A DNA stretch of 64,000 nucleotides from Candidatus Omnitrophota bacterium. Its GTDB lineage: Bacteria; Omnitrophota; Gorgyraeia; Zapsychrales; Fredricksoniimonadaceae. How positions within the stretch are numbered: position 1 is the stretch's first letter; each line of letters opens with the position of its first letter. Shown in pieces: positions 19,434 to 28,957 of this stretch. Location: NCBI GenBank assembly GCA_015233675.1, contig JADFXH010000004.1:8492-72491 (forward strand). Reading direction: 5' to 3'. Made by a program: the position numbers and the translations under genes. The notes below the pieces were generated by a model. That model saw only the letters and a program-made list of their open reading frames with translations. It made no database searches and had not been told where the DNA came from.

Positions 19434-20969
19434 TTAATCCTGCGTTTTTACAGTCAGCGTCAATTTGTTACCCGTAATTTCTTCAAACAACTCTTTCTTT
19501 TCCAGGAAATTTCCTTTTTCCAACAAAAAATTCTCATGTGTATAGGCCACGATCGTCGCATCACCTGCCGCATTAAACTTAACTTCCAGTTTTTTAATTT
19601 TCTGTTTATGTGAACGGTCCAAAGAATTGGCAATACGCAAAAGAGCGCTTAATTTCTGCACTAAAATCTGCTCCGGTGACGCCAGAGAATTATATAACAG
19701 ATGCGATTTTAAAGGCGCCGAGCGCCTGTGATAACGGGCGATACAGGCAATGATATTGATCTCATGCTCAGTCAGCCTGAATAGATTTAAGGAACTAATG
19801 ACGTATTCGCTGTGCTTGTGATGCGAGCGGTTATTGACAAACGTCCCTATATCATGCAAATAAGAAGCCAAAAGAAGATACAAACGGTCTTTTTCTTCCA
19901 GGCCCAAGATGCCCTTGAAAGCGCCAAAAAGCTGATCTGTCAAAGAAGCCACGTGTTTAAGATGGTTTAAATCCATGCCGTATTTACGGCAAATAAAATG
20001 CGCCACTGACACCAACTGGCTTAACTTATTGTCACCTTCCTCCATGTCGAATTTAAAAAGTAAATGCGCCAGAATTGCCTCAGACAAAGAAGCCTCGAGA
20101 ATGTAGACATATTCATTTTTATTAAGTTTAAACATGGTGTTAAGAATAATGGCATACCCTGTAATGGTGGAGGCAATATCCCCAGGGACATTGTAGGTGC
20201 TGGCAATCTCTTCGACGTTCATCTGCTTTAGGCGCGCAAGTAATTCCTGGGCTTCACTGGCTTTAAATTTAAAAAAGTCTGAGTCACGACGCTTATTAGG
20301 CAGCACATTCTGGATAAAAACAGAATAGTTCTCATCAATGAGAATAATATCGTCAATACTCAAATTAATATTATTTTTCTTAAGGAAAAATATTTCATTC
20401 TCGATGTACTCTTCGGTGGCTTCGTGCACCTCCTGCATTGACCCATCCAGATTCTGCATAAATTGTGAAAGACGCAGCGTTCCAATAGGAAAACCGATAT
20501 TCATAAGGGTAAGCCCTTTTTCCATGACCGAGATATCCAAAGAGCCGGCGCCTAACTCCGCGATCAACAAGTTTTTCTTGTCCACCGGATAGGTTTCCTT
20601 TAACTTATGGCTGAGGAAATAATCAATATAGTAAACAACATCTCCCGTGTTTAGAACATCAATCTTAAACCCTGTCTTACGCAGAACCGTATCAAGGAAA
20701 ATATCGCGGTTACGCGCTTCGCGCACAGCGGTGGTGGCAATGACCATGACATTTTCGACATCGTATTCTTTGAGAGATTCTTTGTATTTCTGTAATACCG
20801 CGGCGGTTTGATTGATGATAGTCTGAGGGATACGGCCCTTAAGGAATACGTGCTTGCCTAAAGGGATACTGTTTTTAAGCGACTCGATGATCTTGACATT
20901 TTCCCCGTGACTTTCAGCGATCAAGAGCTTAATAGTAGAAGAACCAATATCTATAACGGCAACTCGCAT
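19434..20969 (-). CDS. ppx: Exopolyphosphatase, Ppx/GppA family, with a C-terminal HD domain
   Basis: VAVIDIGSSTIKLLI actin-like fold start, LGAGSLDIS, HD-domain block LLASYLHDIG…HHKHS. Confidence 0.9.
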   Translation of the reverse strand: MRVAVIDIGSSTIKLLIAESHGENVKIIESLKNSIPLGKHVFLKGRIPQTIINQTAAVLQKYKESLKEYDVENVMVIATTAVREARNRDIFLDTVLRKTGFKIDVLNTGDVVYYIDYFLSHKLKETYPVDKKNLLIAELGAGSLDISVMEKGLTLMNIGFPIGTLRLSQFMQNLDGSMQEVHEATEEYIENEIFFLKKNNINLSIDDIILIDENYSVFIQNVLPNKRRDSDFFKFKASEAQELLARLKQMNVEEIASTYNVPGDIASTITGYAIILNTMFKLNKNEYVYILEASLSEAILAHLLFKFDMEEGDNKLSQLVSVAHFICRKYGMDLNHLKHVASLTDQLFGAFKGILGLEEKDRLYLLLASYLHDIGTFVNNRSHHKHSEYVISSLNLFRLTEHEINIIACIARYHRRSAPLKSHLLYNSLASPEQILVQKLSALLRIANSLDRSHKQKIKKLEVKFNAAGDATIVAYTHENFLLEKGNFLEKKELFEEITGNKLTLTVKTQD

Positions 20970-21089
20970 AATATCCCCTATAAATGTAATAGCCTGAAAA
21001 TATTATAATATGATAAAAATTACGTTAATTTTACAAGAGTATAGCACATTCTGTATAAAAGAAAATATTTAATGTCGCCCGGACTTACG

Positions 21090-21773
21090 TTATTTGTGCT
21101 TTTCTAGCCTGTCGAGCATGCGAAGTAGTCCGTCAAGGATAGTCAAAGGGTGCGGCGGACAGCCTGGGATAAAAAGATCAACAGGGATAATGGTGTCAAG
21201 CCCCCTGGAGGCTTGCGGGCTATCACAAAATATCCCTCCTGAGATTGCACAACCCCCTATCGCAATGACCAGCTTAGGATCAGGAGTAGCCTCATAGGTT
21301 TTAAGCAGCGCCTCGTGCATGTTCTTTGTAATAGGGCCGGTCACAACAATACCGTCAGCATGCCTGGGAGACGCCACAAACTGGATACCAAATCGGGAAA
21401 GATCAAAAACCGGAGTATTTAAAACATTTAGATCTAATTCGCAGGCGTTGCATCCTCCGGCTGAGACCTGCCTTAGCTTAAGCGAACGGCCAAAAATTTT
21501 CAACATACGGTCATTCAAAGCGCGGGCTAATACCATATCTCGCTTATGAAATAAAATCAAATCTTCACGTTTAGACACAGCCATTCGGTAATCATTCGAA
21601 TACACAACATCGCTATCAGGATTAAAAGATATTTCCCCAAGATCAACACTGCCGCTTGGATCCGCAACCACAGGACGCCCGCGATAACGCAAAGGCAAAG
21701 CCGGTGCGGGGGTCTTGGGAAAAAGCAAGGTCCTGCAGCCTTGTTTAAAACGAGTTTTAAGAATTTTTAACAT
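21090..21773 (-). CDS. NuoB/HycG-like small subunit of a group-4-hydrogenase-related (Ehr-like) complex
   Basis: Four Cys for the proximal [4Fe-4S] cluster are retained (GGCNACELD, GGCAISGG, PGCPPHP). The ATG at 21773 is preceded by GAGGGG, so I prefer it over 21797. Confidence 0.85.
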   Translation of the reverse strand: MLKILKTRFKQGCRTLLFPKTPAPALPLRYRGRPVVADPSGSVDLGEISFNPDSDVVYSNDYRMAVSKREDLILFHKRDMVLARALNDRMLKIFGRSLKLRQVSAGGCNACELDLNVLNTPVFDLSRFGIQFVASPRHADGIVVTGPITKNMHEALLKTYEATPDPKLVIAIGGCAISGGIFCDSPQASRGLDTIIPVDLFIPGCPPHPLTILDGLLRMLDRLEKHK

Positions 21774-21829
21774 AATGTTATCCCCTCTCTGATACAAAAT
21801 AAATATTGCGGCGGGCGCTAAGAATCTAT

Positions 21830-23341
21830 CTATAGATCATGCCCGCTATAAGACAAATTGAAACTCTTGTTACACAAGGGAAAATCAGAAATCTCCTGGC
21901 CCCGCATGGACAAAGCTAGCCCAAACCAGTTATGGAATGATGGGTCTTTGATCTTATAACGGGCAAATCCGCCCTGAGCGTCGCTTATACCCACATGCAT
22001 GATTTCCCCTCGCCATCCTTCGACCAAGGCCACGGCAAGTGTATCCGGTTTCATGGGACCAGGGGCTGCGAAAATATCTCCTGCCGGCAATGAAGGTAAA
22101 ACTCTAAGCAAGAATTCCAAAGACCTTAAGACCTCCTGGTTTCTAACCAAGGCTCTGGCATACACATCTCCGGTTGCCCCTAGAGAAATAGGCACATGTT
22201 GAAACTGCCACATCCCTGAAGCATAATTTATCCTGACATCACATTCCAGCTGACTGGCACGTCCAACCGGCCCCACGAGCCCTATCTCTTTGGCGTCTTT
22301 TAAGGCAATCACCCCTACCCCTTCAAAACGCGCTAACACCGACGGTCTGGCAAACAAAAGATCGCTTACGTCTTTAAATTCTTCCCTGTACTTTTTAAGC
22401 TTAAAACAAAAATCATCTGCCATTTTGGCATCGATATCAAACAGGACTCCCCCTGGCCTGCAGAGTCCTTTGCCAAAACGATTCCCTGTCAAAGCTAAAA
22501 GCAAATTCAAATAATCCCCTCGCATACGTCCAAAATAACCGCTCGTGGGTAAAAATCCCGCATCCATGCCTAGCGCTCCTAAATCCCCCACATGATTGGC
22601 TAATCTCTCCAGCTCTAAGGCAACAGCCCGAATCGCCTGGGCACGGGCAGAGATGCTGCATCCTGTTAAAGATTCCACCACTTCACAAAAAGCCGTAGAA
22701 TGGCCGATAGATGTATCTCCGGCAATTGATTCACTTAAAAGCATATTTCGCCTCAGGTCCCTGCCTGCCATGAGCCCTTCAATGCCCCGATGCTGATACC
22801 CTAACTGGATCTCCAAATGCATGACTGCTTCCCCATGGCATTGAAAACGAAAATGACCGGGTTCAATAATTCCAGCATGAACCGGCCCTACGCCAACTTC
22901 ATGGACTTCTTCACCATCAACCGCGTAAAAAGGATATTCCCCCGGGATCGTCTTATTTGCAATATTTTTCCAAATGTCAGACGCTGCCCTATAATTGGAA
23001 TGATACCTTAAAGGCTTAAGCCATGGGTGCCCCAGAGGCCGTATAGCCCACTGCTCTGCAATTTCCCGCTCAAATAAGTGCGCTTGTGGCAAATCTTTTG
23101 TTAAAGATTCGTACTGCGGGGATTCCGGAGAAATAATTGTCGATAAAATTTCAAGTTCGGCATCCTCATCCATACCCATAATGGCCAAAATCCTTATTTT
23201 TCCGTTTGCTTCTAAATTCCCGAATAAATTCACCAAACGGGCTGCTGCATGACAAGATTCAAGAATACGGTTCCGGAACTCTTGCACAGCTAAAACTTTT
23301 ATATTTGATAAAGCTATTTGCCCACCATTAAACAGTTCCAT
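21830..23341 (-). CDS. NuoC-NuoD/HycE-like large subunit lacking the [NiFe] cysteine ligands (Ehr-like)
   Basis: NuoC-like N-terminus (LFEREIAEQWAIRPLGHPWLKPLR). Conserved GPVHAGIIEPGHFRF and LGYQHRGIE. L1 position reads SESIAGDTSIGHSTAF and the C-terminus reads SFNLSYSGHDL (no CxxC). The ATG at 23341 has GGGAGGA 10 nt upstream. Confidence 0.85.
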   Translation of the reverse strand: MELFNGGQIALSNIKVLAVQEFRNRILESCHAAARLVNLFGNLEANGKIRILAIMGMDEDAELEILSTIISPESPQYESLTKDLPQAHLFEREIAEQWAIRPLGHPWLKPLRYHSNYRAASDIWKNIANKTIPGEYPFYAVDGEEVHEVGVGPVHAGIIEPGHFRFQCHGEAVMHLEIQLGYQHRGIEGLMAGRDLRRNMLLSESIAGDTSIGHSTAFCEVVESLTGCSISARAQAIRAVALELERLANHVGDLGALGMDAGFLPTSGYFGRMRGDYLNLLLALTGNRFGKGLCRPGGVLFDIDAKMADDFCFKLKKYREEFKDVSDLLFARPSVLARFEGVGVIALKDAKEIGLVGPVGRASQLECDVRINYASGMWQFQHVPISLGATGDVYARALVRNQEVLRSLEFLLRVLPSLPAGDIFAAPGPMKPDTLAVALVEGWRGEIMHVGISDAQGGFARYKIKDPSFHNWFGLALSMRGQEISDFPLCNKSFNLSYSGHDL

Positions 23342-23348
23342 AAATTTT

Positions 23349-24851
23349 TTATCCTCCCAAGAGTCCCGCGGCCTTATGTAAGTCATTATCAAGGAACGGC
23401 GGGATATAAAAACCAAGAATAAGAACTATGACGATTAAAATCAAGATTGGCATGATCATACTTAAACTTTCCCTTGTCTTCATTCTAAGCCCTAAGGGCG
23501 AAGGATCTTTATTCACATTAAGATCCTTCGCGCAGTTTACCCCCGAATGTTTTAATCGGGGGCTCATGATGACAGAAGAGACAGATTGTCCCTGAATCAT
23601 TTTTAAAATTATGTCTGCAATCCCTATAAAAATAAGGGCCAAAAACAAACAGTAAAAAAACGCGACTAAGTAATGATGTCCTATCAAGGCTGCGTACAGA
23701 ATCAATAATTCACTGATAAAAGTTCCGAAGGGAGGCATTGCGCTTACAGCCAAAAAAGCGGCTAAAAGAAAAATACCTGTAATCGGGAACTCACGAAGCA
23801 CCCCCCTGACATCATTGACTTTTTTGCTTTTATATTGCTTGTATAAATTGCCCGTCACCAAGAAAGCAAAACCCTTGGTAAAAGCGTTATTAATCACATG
23901 AAGGAGGCTGCCATAAATACCTATTGGCCCAAGGCCAATACCAATAGCTAAAATTCCCATATGCTCCACACTGGAGTAGGCAAACATCCTCTTATAATCT
24001 TCCTGACCCAAGATAAACACATAAGCCACGCCCAGAGAGATAATCCCTAAGAGTATGAGCATGGATGAAAAAAATGGAGTTTGGCCCGCGGCAAAACACA
24101 CCTGTCCGACTCTTAAAATACTTAAAAAAGCACAGTTTAATAAACATCCGGAAAGCAGCGCGGAAATTGGCGACGGCGCTTGTGAATGGGCGTCAGGCAG
24201 CCAAGTATGCATGGGAGCAAGCCCCATCTTAGTCCCGCATCCAATAAGCAAGAAAATTACGCTTATTTTAAGCCAAGGCACAGAAAGCTCCTTGGCATGG
24301 TTTAAAAGTTTATCAATAAAAAGGCTTTGAACATTATCGAAGCCCGCAACAGCAAGAAAATATGTCCCCAAAAGAGCCAAAGCTATCCCAATTAAACAAA
24401 TCATTAAAAATTTCCAGGTAGCTTCAATGCTTTGCCTGGTTTTTACAAAATTGATCAACGGCACACTGGATAAAGTCGTGGCTTCGATGCCGATTAATAA
24501 AAGCCCAAAATGCCGGCTGATAGTGACCAAAGTCATAAAAGAAAGGAAAAACAATAAGAATCCGATAAAAATACGATGGGAAACATCTGACTCATTTTTA
24601 AAATAACCCATCAAATAAAATGAGACCATTAAAAAAAGCACACTAACAACTGAAAGGACAAGAAGCCCTAAAGCATCCAGGCCTAAAAATCCATTTAAAA
24701 CAAAAGCCGGTTGAAACTTCCAGAAGCTAAACACGCAAGCCGTATGCAAAAATGCTGTAAAAAAGAGCATCCTGTTGCGGGATTTTTGTTCTGCAAGGAT
24801 GAAAACTGATCCCCCAACAATCAAAGGGAATAAAACCAAAAAAATCAACAT
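23349..24851 (-). CDS. Antiporter-like subunit (NuoN/HyfF-like), set 1
   Basis: 500 aa polytopic, Mrp/NuoLMN-family blocks (…[26 protein letters not shown]…, …YSSVEHMG…). Confidence 0.85.
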   Translation of the reverse strand: [500 protein letters not shown]

Positions 24852-24854
24852 AGA

Positions 24855-25499
24855 TCAATCCTTCAACGTGGTCAGCTGGGTCGTGTCCGTATTATTAAAT
24901 TCTACACTGATATGATTCACCACGATCCCCATGACCAGGGCGGCGATAAAAAGGTCCAAAAGAATGCCCATCTCAACTAACAGAGGCATTTTCTTCAACA
25001 ATAAAATAGCAAAAAGGAAAATACCATTTTCCAAAACTAAATATCCAATAACTTGGCTAATGGCTTTGTTACGGCCGACTAAAAGCAAGAATCCCATAAT
25101 AATTAAAGAAAATGAAGATGGGATCACCATGTCTGATCCTATCTTTACCGGAAAAATAAGTTTAGAAGCAAGCAAAAAGGCTCCTGCAATAGCAAAACCG
25201 CTTAATAATAAAGTCGTCCCTGTCCCTATTAGAGGGCTCACTTCACTGCGGACAGATACGTGCCTGATCGCCCAAAAAAGAAAATAAGGCATAATAAGGC
25301 CTCGAAGCACCATCGCAGCTAAACAGACAAAAATGATATAAAGCTCCATTTCTTTAGCATACAAAAAAAACGGCACACAGCCTAAAAACAAAGACTGCAG
25401 GCCGAAGATATGTATCATCGTTCCCAGACGGGTACTTGCCACAATAAAAAGGCCGAGAATTACAATTAAAATTAAGATAGCATCTAACCAAACATTCAT
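24855..25499 (-). CDS. HyfE/NuoK-like small membrane subunit, set 1
   Basis: 214 aa, about 7 hydrophobic helices, YLVLENGIFLFA block typical of HyfE-type subunits. TAATG overlap with the upstream gene. Confidence 0.8.
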   Translation of the reverse strand: MNVWLDAILILIVILGLFIVASTRLGTMIHIFGLQSLFLGCVPFFLYAKEMELYIIFVCLAAMVLRGLIMPYFLFWAIRHVSVRSEVSPLIGTGTTLLLSGFAIAGAFLLASKLIFPVKIGSDMVIPSSFSLIIMGFLLLVGRNKAISQVIGYLVLENGIFLFAILLLKKMPLLVEMGILLDLFIAALVMGIVVNHISVEFNNTDTTQLTTLKD

Positions 25500-26419
25500 T
25501 AATGCCCCCGAACTAAAATAACGATAAATCCAAAAACGGAAAATATAAACGCGGAAAATAATAAAAAAGAGACCTTGTTCAAACGTAAACGGGCCATTGT
25601 TGATTCAACGATACCGATCAAAACGGCAAAAGCAATGATTTCAAGAATAAAAAAGGCTGTGTCTATTAAAGAATCCCCAGTCCTAAACGTAATAATAATG
25701 GAAACAAGCATCGTGCCAAAAATAAAAAGTTTTACAGCCTTGCCATAAAGAATGTAGGCCAAATCGACCCCGCTATGGTCCAAGACCATGACTTCATGGA
25801 TCATGGTAAGTTCTAAATGGGTCTCAGGATCGTCAACGGGAATACGGGAATTCTCAACCAGAAGGATCAAAAAAAAGCTGACAACCACTAAAATTAAAAC
25901 CGGCCCAACCAAAAGCCAGGAAGAGGACAATCCACCCAGAAATATTTCAGATAAAGAAAGGTTTCTGGATAATAACGCCAAAATTGTCAAATTGAGGAAC
26001 ATGGTGATCTCTGACAAACACCCAAAAGTTGCTTCTCTGCTGGCCCCCATCCCTTCAAAACTTGATCCTGTATCTAAAGCGGCCAGAATAATAACGAAGC
26101 GGGCCAAAGCGAACAAATAAACAAAAAGAATCATGTCTCCCCAGAATTGGACCGGCGGCTTCATAGCCGCAATAGGCATCAGGATACCAGCGGATAAAAT
26201 GGCAGCTAAAGAAACCATGGGCGCCGCCCTAAATATCCAATTAGTAGTAACACTATAAACAGATGCCTTACGCATTAATTTATAAAGATCATAATACGGC
26301 TGGAGTAAAGGCGGGCCAATGCGGCCGGCAAAAAAAGCCTTAGTTTTTCCTATAAATCCCAAAAGCAAAGGAGGAAAAAAAATAAGAATAGTTAAATGTA
26401 ATAATAAAAGAATAGTCAT
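25499..26419 (-). CDS. NuoH/HycD-like membrane subunit, set 1
   Basis: 306 aa. Blocks KAFFAGRIGPPLLQPYYDL, AALDTGSSFEGMGASREA, HLELTMIHEVMVLDHSG as in HycD/HyfC. Confidence 0.85.
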   Translation of the reverse strand: MTILLLLHLTILIFFPPLLLGFIGKTKAFFAGRIGPPLLQPYYDLYKLMRKASVYSVTTNWIFRAAPMVSLAAILSAGILMPIAAMKPPVQFWGDMILFVYLFALARFVIILAALDTGSSFEGMGASREATFGCLSEITMFLNLTILALLSRNLSLSEIFLGGLSSSWLLVGPVLILVVVSFFLILLVENSRIPVDDPETHLELTMIHEVMVLDHSGVDLAYILYGKAVKLFIFGTMLVSIIITFRTGDSLIDTAFFILEIIAFAVLIGIVESTMARLRLNKVSFLLFSAFIFSVFGFIVILVRGH

Positions 26420-26501
26420 ATTTATATCACTTGCATTCTATTCGGCCTTTGTTTCTCTTCTCAGGCCAAATCTGCTTGGGCCTATGAGTGAAAGGATAAC
26501 C

Positions 26502-26647
26502 GTTGTTATTAGCGACACGGAAATTTTTTGCCGTCTGCTACGGTTTACAGCTTGGCTGCTATCGCGATAAATCATTCGCGGCATCCAAGCTGTAAATCCT
26601 TGCAGACTTTTGCCAAAAAATTTCTGAATGTGTCGCAAACAACAACG
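26502..26647. repeat. Palindromic intercistronic element, family A, copy 1 (inverted relative to copies 2 and 3)
   Basis: Arms gttgttattagcgacacggaaattttttgccgtctgctacgg … ccttgcagacttttgccaaaaaatttctgaatgtgtcgcaaacaacaac. Its reverse complement aligns along its length with 28958..29138. Confidence 0.75.
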
Positions 26648-26675
26648 TTTATCCTTCTATACATTTTGATAATGT

Positions 26676-26904
26676 GGCAGCAAGGATAAATTTGTTTTTG
26701 TGAGCGACTTGTCATTTTTAGTCAAAAGTTTTTTATTTTTTCGGGAATCCCGAGGCTTTACGCCGAGGGATGTCTGAACTTGTTTGAGCCTGAAGCTTCC
26801 TAAAGAAGCTGAAGGCGAGTTGTTCAGACACCGAAAAAACAAAGAACTTTTGACGTTAAAAGAATGACCCAGGAGCGAACAAAAATAAATTTATCCTTGC
26901 TGCC
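26676..26904. repeat. Long nested palindromic element, family B
   Basis: Left arm ggcagcaaggataaatttgtttttgtgagcg… Right arm reverse-complements to ggcagcaaggataaatttatttttgttcgctcc… Inner inverted repeat gtctgaacttgtttgagcctgaagcttc / gaagctgaaggcgagttgttcagac. Partial relatives near 16362..16416 and 51455..51497. Confidence 0.65.
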
Positions 26905-26931
26905 TTCGTCACGAATGATTTCAAACCCCCT

Positions 26932-28929
26932 TCAATGCAACTTCCACGCCAATAAAACGAAAAGAAAAAAAAGAATATACAGTATATAGATTTGCGTGTG
27001 CCCGCTTTGGATCCATTTAAATCTTCTGGAAAATCTTTTAATAATAAAAAAAATCGGCCGGAACAATAAATATTCTGAAACGTCTTTTACAGAAGAACTT
27101 AAACGGGCCTGAACAGGGAAATAGCCTTTTGGCCTGACAGTCTCAATCTTAAAATATAAAATTGTCCTGAAAATTTTTAAGATCGGTTTGGCAAATGAAG
27201 AGGAGGTGTACTGCATACGGGCTGTAACGTTTGCATATCCACACACCCAGGTTTCTGTCAATTTCATTGGATAGCCCAATATAAGAAATTTACGTAAAAG
27301 AGACAGCCCTACAAAAATTAAACCGCCAAACGATATAACCTTTGTAACCATCAAAAGAGGACCAATGATGGCTTCTATTAAAACATCAGGGATAAGCATG
27401 CCTGTGGCTGCCTGAGTCCCTTGAAACGCGTAATAAACCATGTTAGCCGGGAAAAGTCCAACCCAAAGGCAAATGACTGCCAGCAAAATCATAGGGCCAC
27501 GCATTATTAGATCTCCCTCCTGATAATGATGTTCCTCTGAAGATCTGTTATTACCTAAAAAAATAACACCAAAAGCTTTAGCAAAACAAAGCGCGGCTAA
27601 ACCACCAATAAGGCTTAATGCGACTATGGCCATACTTGAAAAAATAATACCAAAAATATCAAAATGAAAAACCCCTTCCAACAATGATCGAAAAACTAAC
27701 CACTCACTGATAAACCCATTAAAAAGCGGGAGCCCGCAAATAGACAAAGAGCCAATTAAAAAAAGATGTCCTGACCATGGAAGCCGCTTAAAGAGCCCCC
27801 CCATGTGTTCCATATCGCCCGTATGAGTTGAATGGATCACAGAACCGGCACTTAAAAACAAAAGTCCTTTAAATATCGCATGATTAAAAGTATGTAAAAG
27901 TGCCGCCGCATATCCCAGTAAAGCCACTGTGTCCTGATGATACGCATGCCCTATCATTCCTATGCCCAAGCCCAATGCAATAATGCCGATATTTTCAATG
28001 CTGTGATACGCTAACAATTTCTTGATCTCATGTTGGCCCAAAGCATATAACACCCCTCCAACTCCCGAGACAGCCGCCATTATTAAAAGCAGTACTCCGC
28101 ACCACAGGGGAAAATCTTTAACAATGGCCATGGCACGCATCAAGCCATAAATTCCGACTTTAATAACCACCCCTGAAAGTAAAGCAGAAATATAACTAGG
28201 CGCCGCTGGATGAGCATAGGGCAGCCAAATATGAAAAGGCATGAATCCGGCTTTAATGCCGAAACCTATAAACGCCAGCATAAAAAGTAAAGAAGCTAAA
28301 CCCAAAGGAAATGGGGTTGCCCTCATCTGATCAAAATTCATAGACCCGGCTTTGACTCCCATGATCAAAAACATTAAAACCAAACAGAAAACTCCCACAT
28401 GGGTTGCTATCAAATAAATATAACCTGCCTTGCGCACCTGTTCGCTTTCATTGTAAAAGGTGATAAGAAAATAAGAGACTACGGTCATTAGTTCCCACGC
28501 CGCAAGGAATAAAACCGCATTTTTAGCGACTAGAACAAGGATGATGACAATCATGAGCAAATGATAAAGGGCCAAATGCACGCCCACGTTCCTTTGGCCG
28601 GTATATTCACGTAAATAGCCATACGCATAAATGCCGGCGGAAAGCGATACAATGAAAAACAATAAAAGGAAAAACGCGCTTAAAAAATCTATGCCTATAT
28701 AAAATTCAAACAACGGAAGGTGTCCAGACAACCGAAAATCTAGGCCTGTCAACGGCAAGAAAAGCTCCTTTTGGCATAAAACACTTAAGACTGACCAAAG
28801 GCCAAATCCACAAGCCGCAACCAATGACCACAAAAACAGGTAAGCAGAGGTTTTCCTGGAACGACAAAATAAGAATATCAATAAACTTGATATTGTCAGG
28901 ATAGAAAGACTGATTAATAATAGATTCAT
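26932..28929 (-). CDS. HyfB/HycC/NuoL-like antiporter-like subunit, set 1
   Basis: 665 aa. Blocks WELMTVVSYFLI, FHIWLPYAHPAAPSYISALLSG, and the HyfB-type C-terminus TWVCGY…MQYTSSSFAKP. Confidence 0.85.
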   Translation of the reverse strand: MNLLLISLSILTISSLLIFLFCRSRKTSAYLFLWSLVAACGFGLWSVLSVLCQKELFLPLTGLDFRLSGHLPLFEFYIGIDFLSAFFLLLFFIVSLSAGIYAYGYLREYTGQRNVGVHLALYHLLMIVIILVLVAKNAVLFLAAWELMTVVSYFLITFYNESEQVRKAGYIYLIATHVGVFCLVLMFLIMGVKAGSMNFDQMRATPFPLGLASLLFMLAFIGFGIKAGFMPFHIWLPYAHPAAPSYISALLSGVVIKVGIYGLMRAMAIVKDFPLWCGVLLLIMAAVSGVGGVLYALGQHEIKKLLAYHSIENIGIIALGLGIGMIGHAYHQDTVALLGYAAALLHTFNHAIFKGLLFLSAGSVIHSTHTGDMEHMGGLFKRLPWSGHLFLIGSLSICGLPLFNGFISEWLVFRSLLEGVFHFDIFGIIFSSMAIVALSLIGGLAALCFAKAFGVIFLGNNRSSEEHHYQEGDLIMRGPMILLAVICLWVGLFPANMVYYAFQGTQAATGMLIPDVLIEAIIGPLLMVTKVISFGGLIFVGLSLLRKFLILGYPMKLTETWVCGYANVTARMQYTSSSFAKPILKIFRTILYFKIETVRPKGYFPVQARLSSSVKDVSEYLLFRPIFFIIKRFSRRFKWIQSGHTQIYILYILFFLFVLLAWKLH

Positions 28930-28957
28930 TGTTGAGTCTCTTTCAAGCGGCCTATCT

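Noticed and set aside
26438-26842. Small ORFs inside the structured spacer (26438..26638, 26657..26842), plus 28967..29227 and 26319..26570
   Set aside because: They lie entirely within the palindromic repeat elements. Similar peptides (FGTFRNFLPKVCK) recur only because the DNA repeat recurs. No RBS is present.
21090-28929. Annotation as a functional formate hydrogenlyase / Hyf-type [NiFe] hydrogenase
   Set aside because: The large subunit lacks all four Ni-Fe cysteine ligands, and there are no FdhF, HycB/HycF-type ferredoxin, HycI protease or Hyp maturation genes. An Ehr-like, non-hydrogenase function is more defensible.
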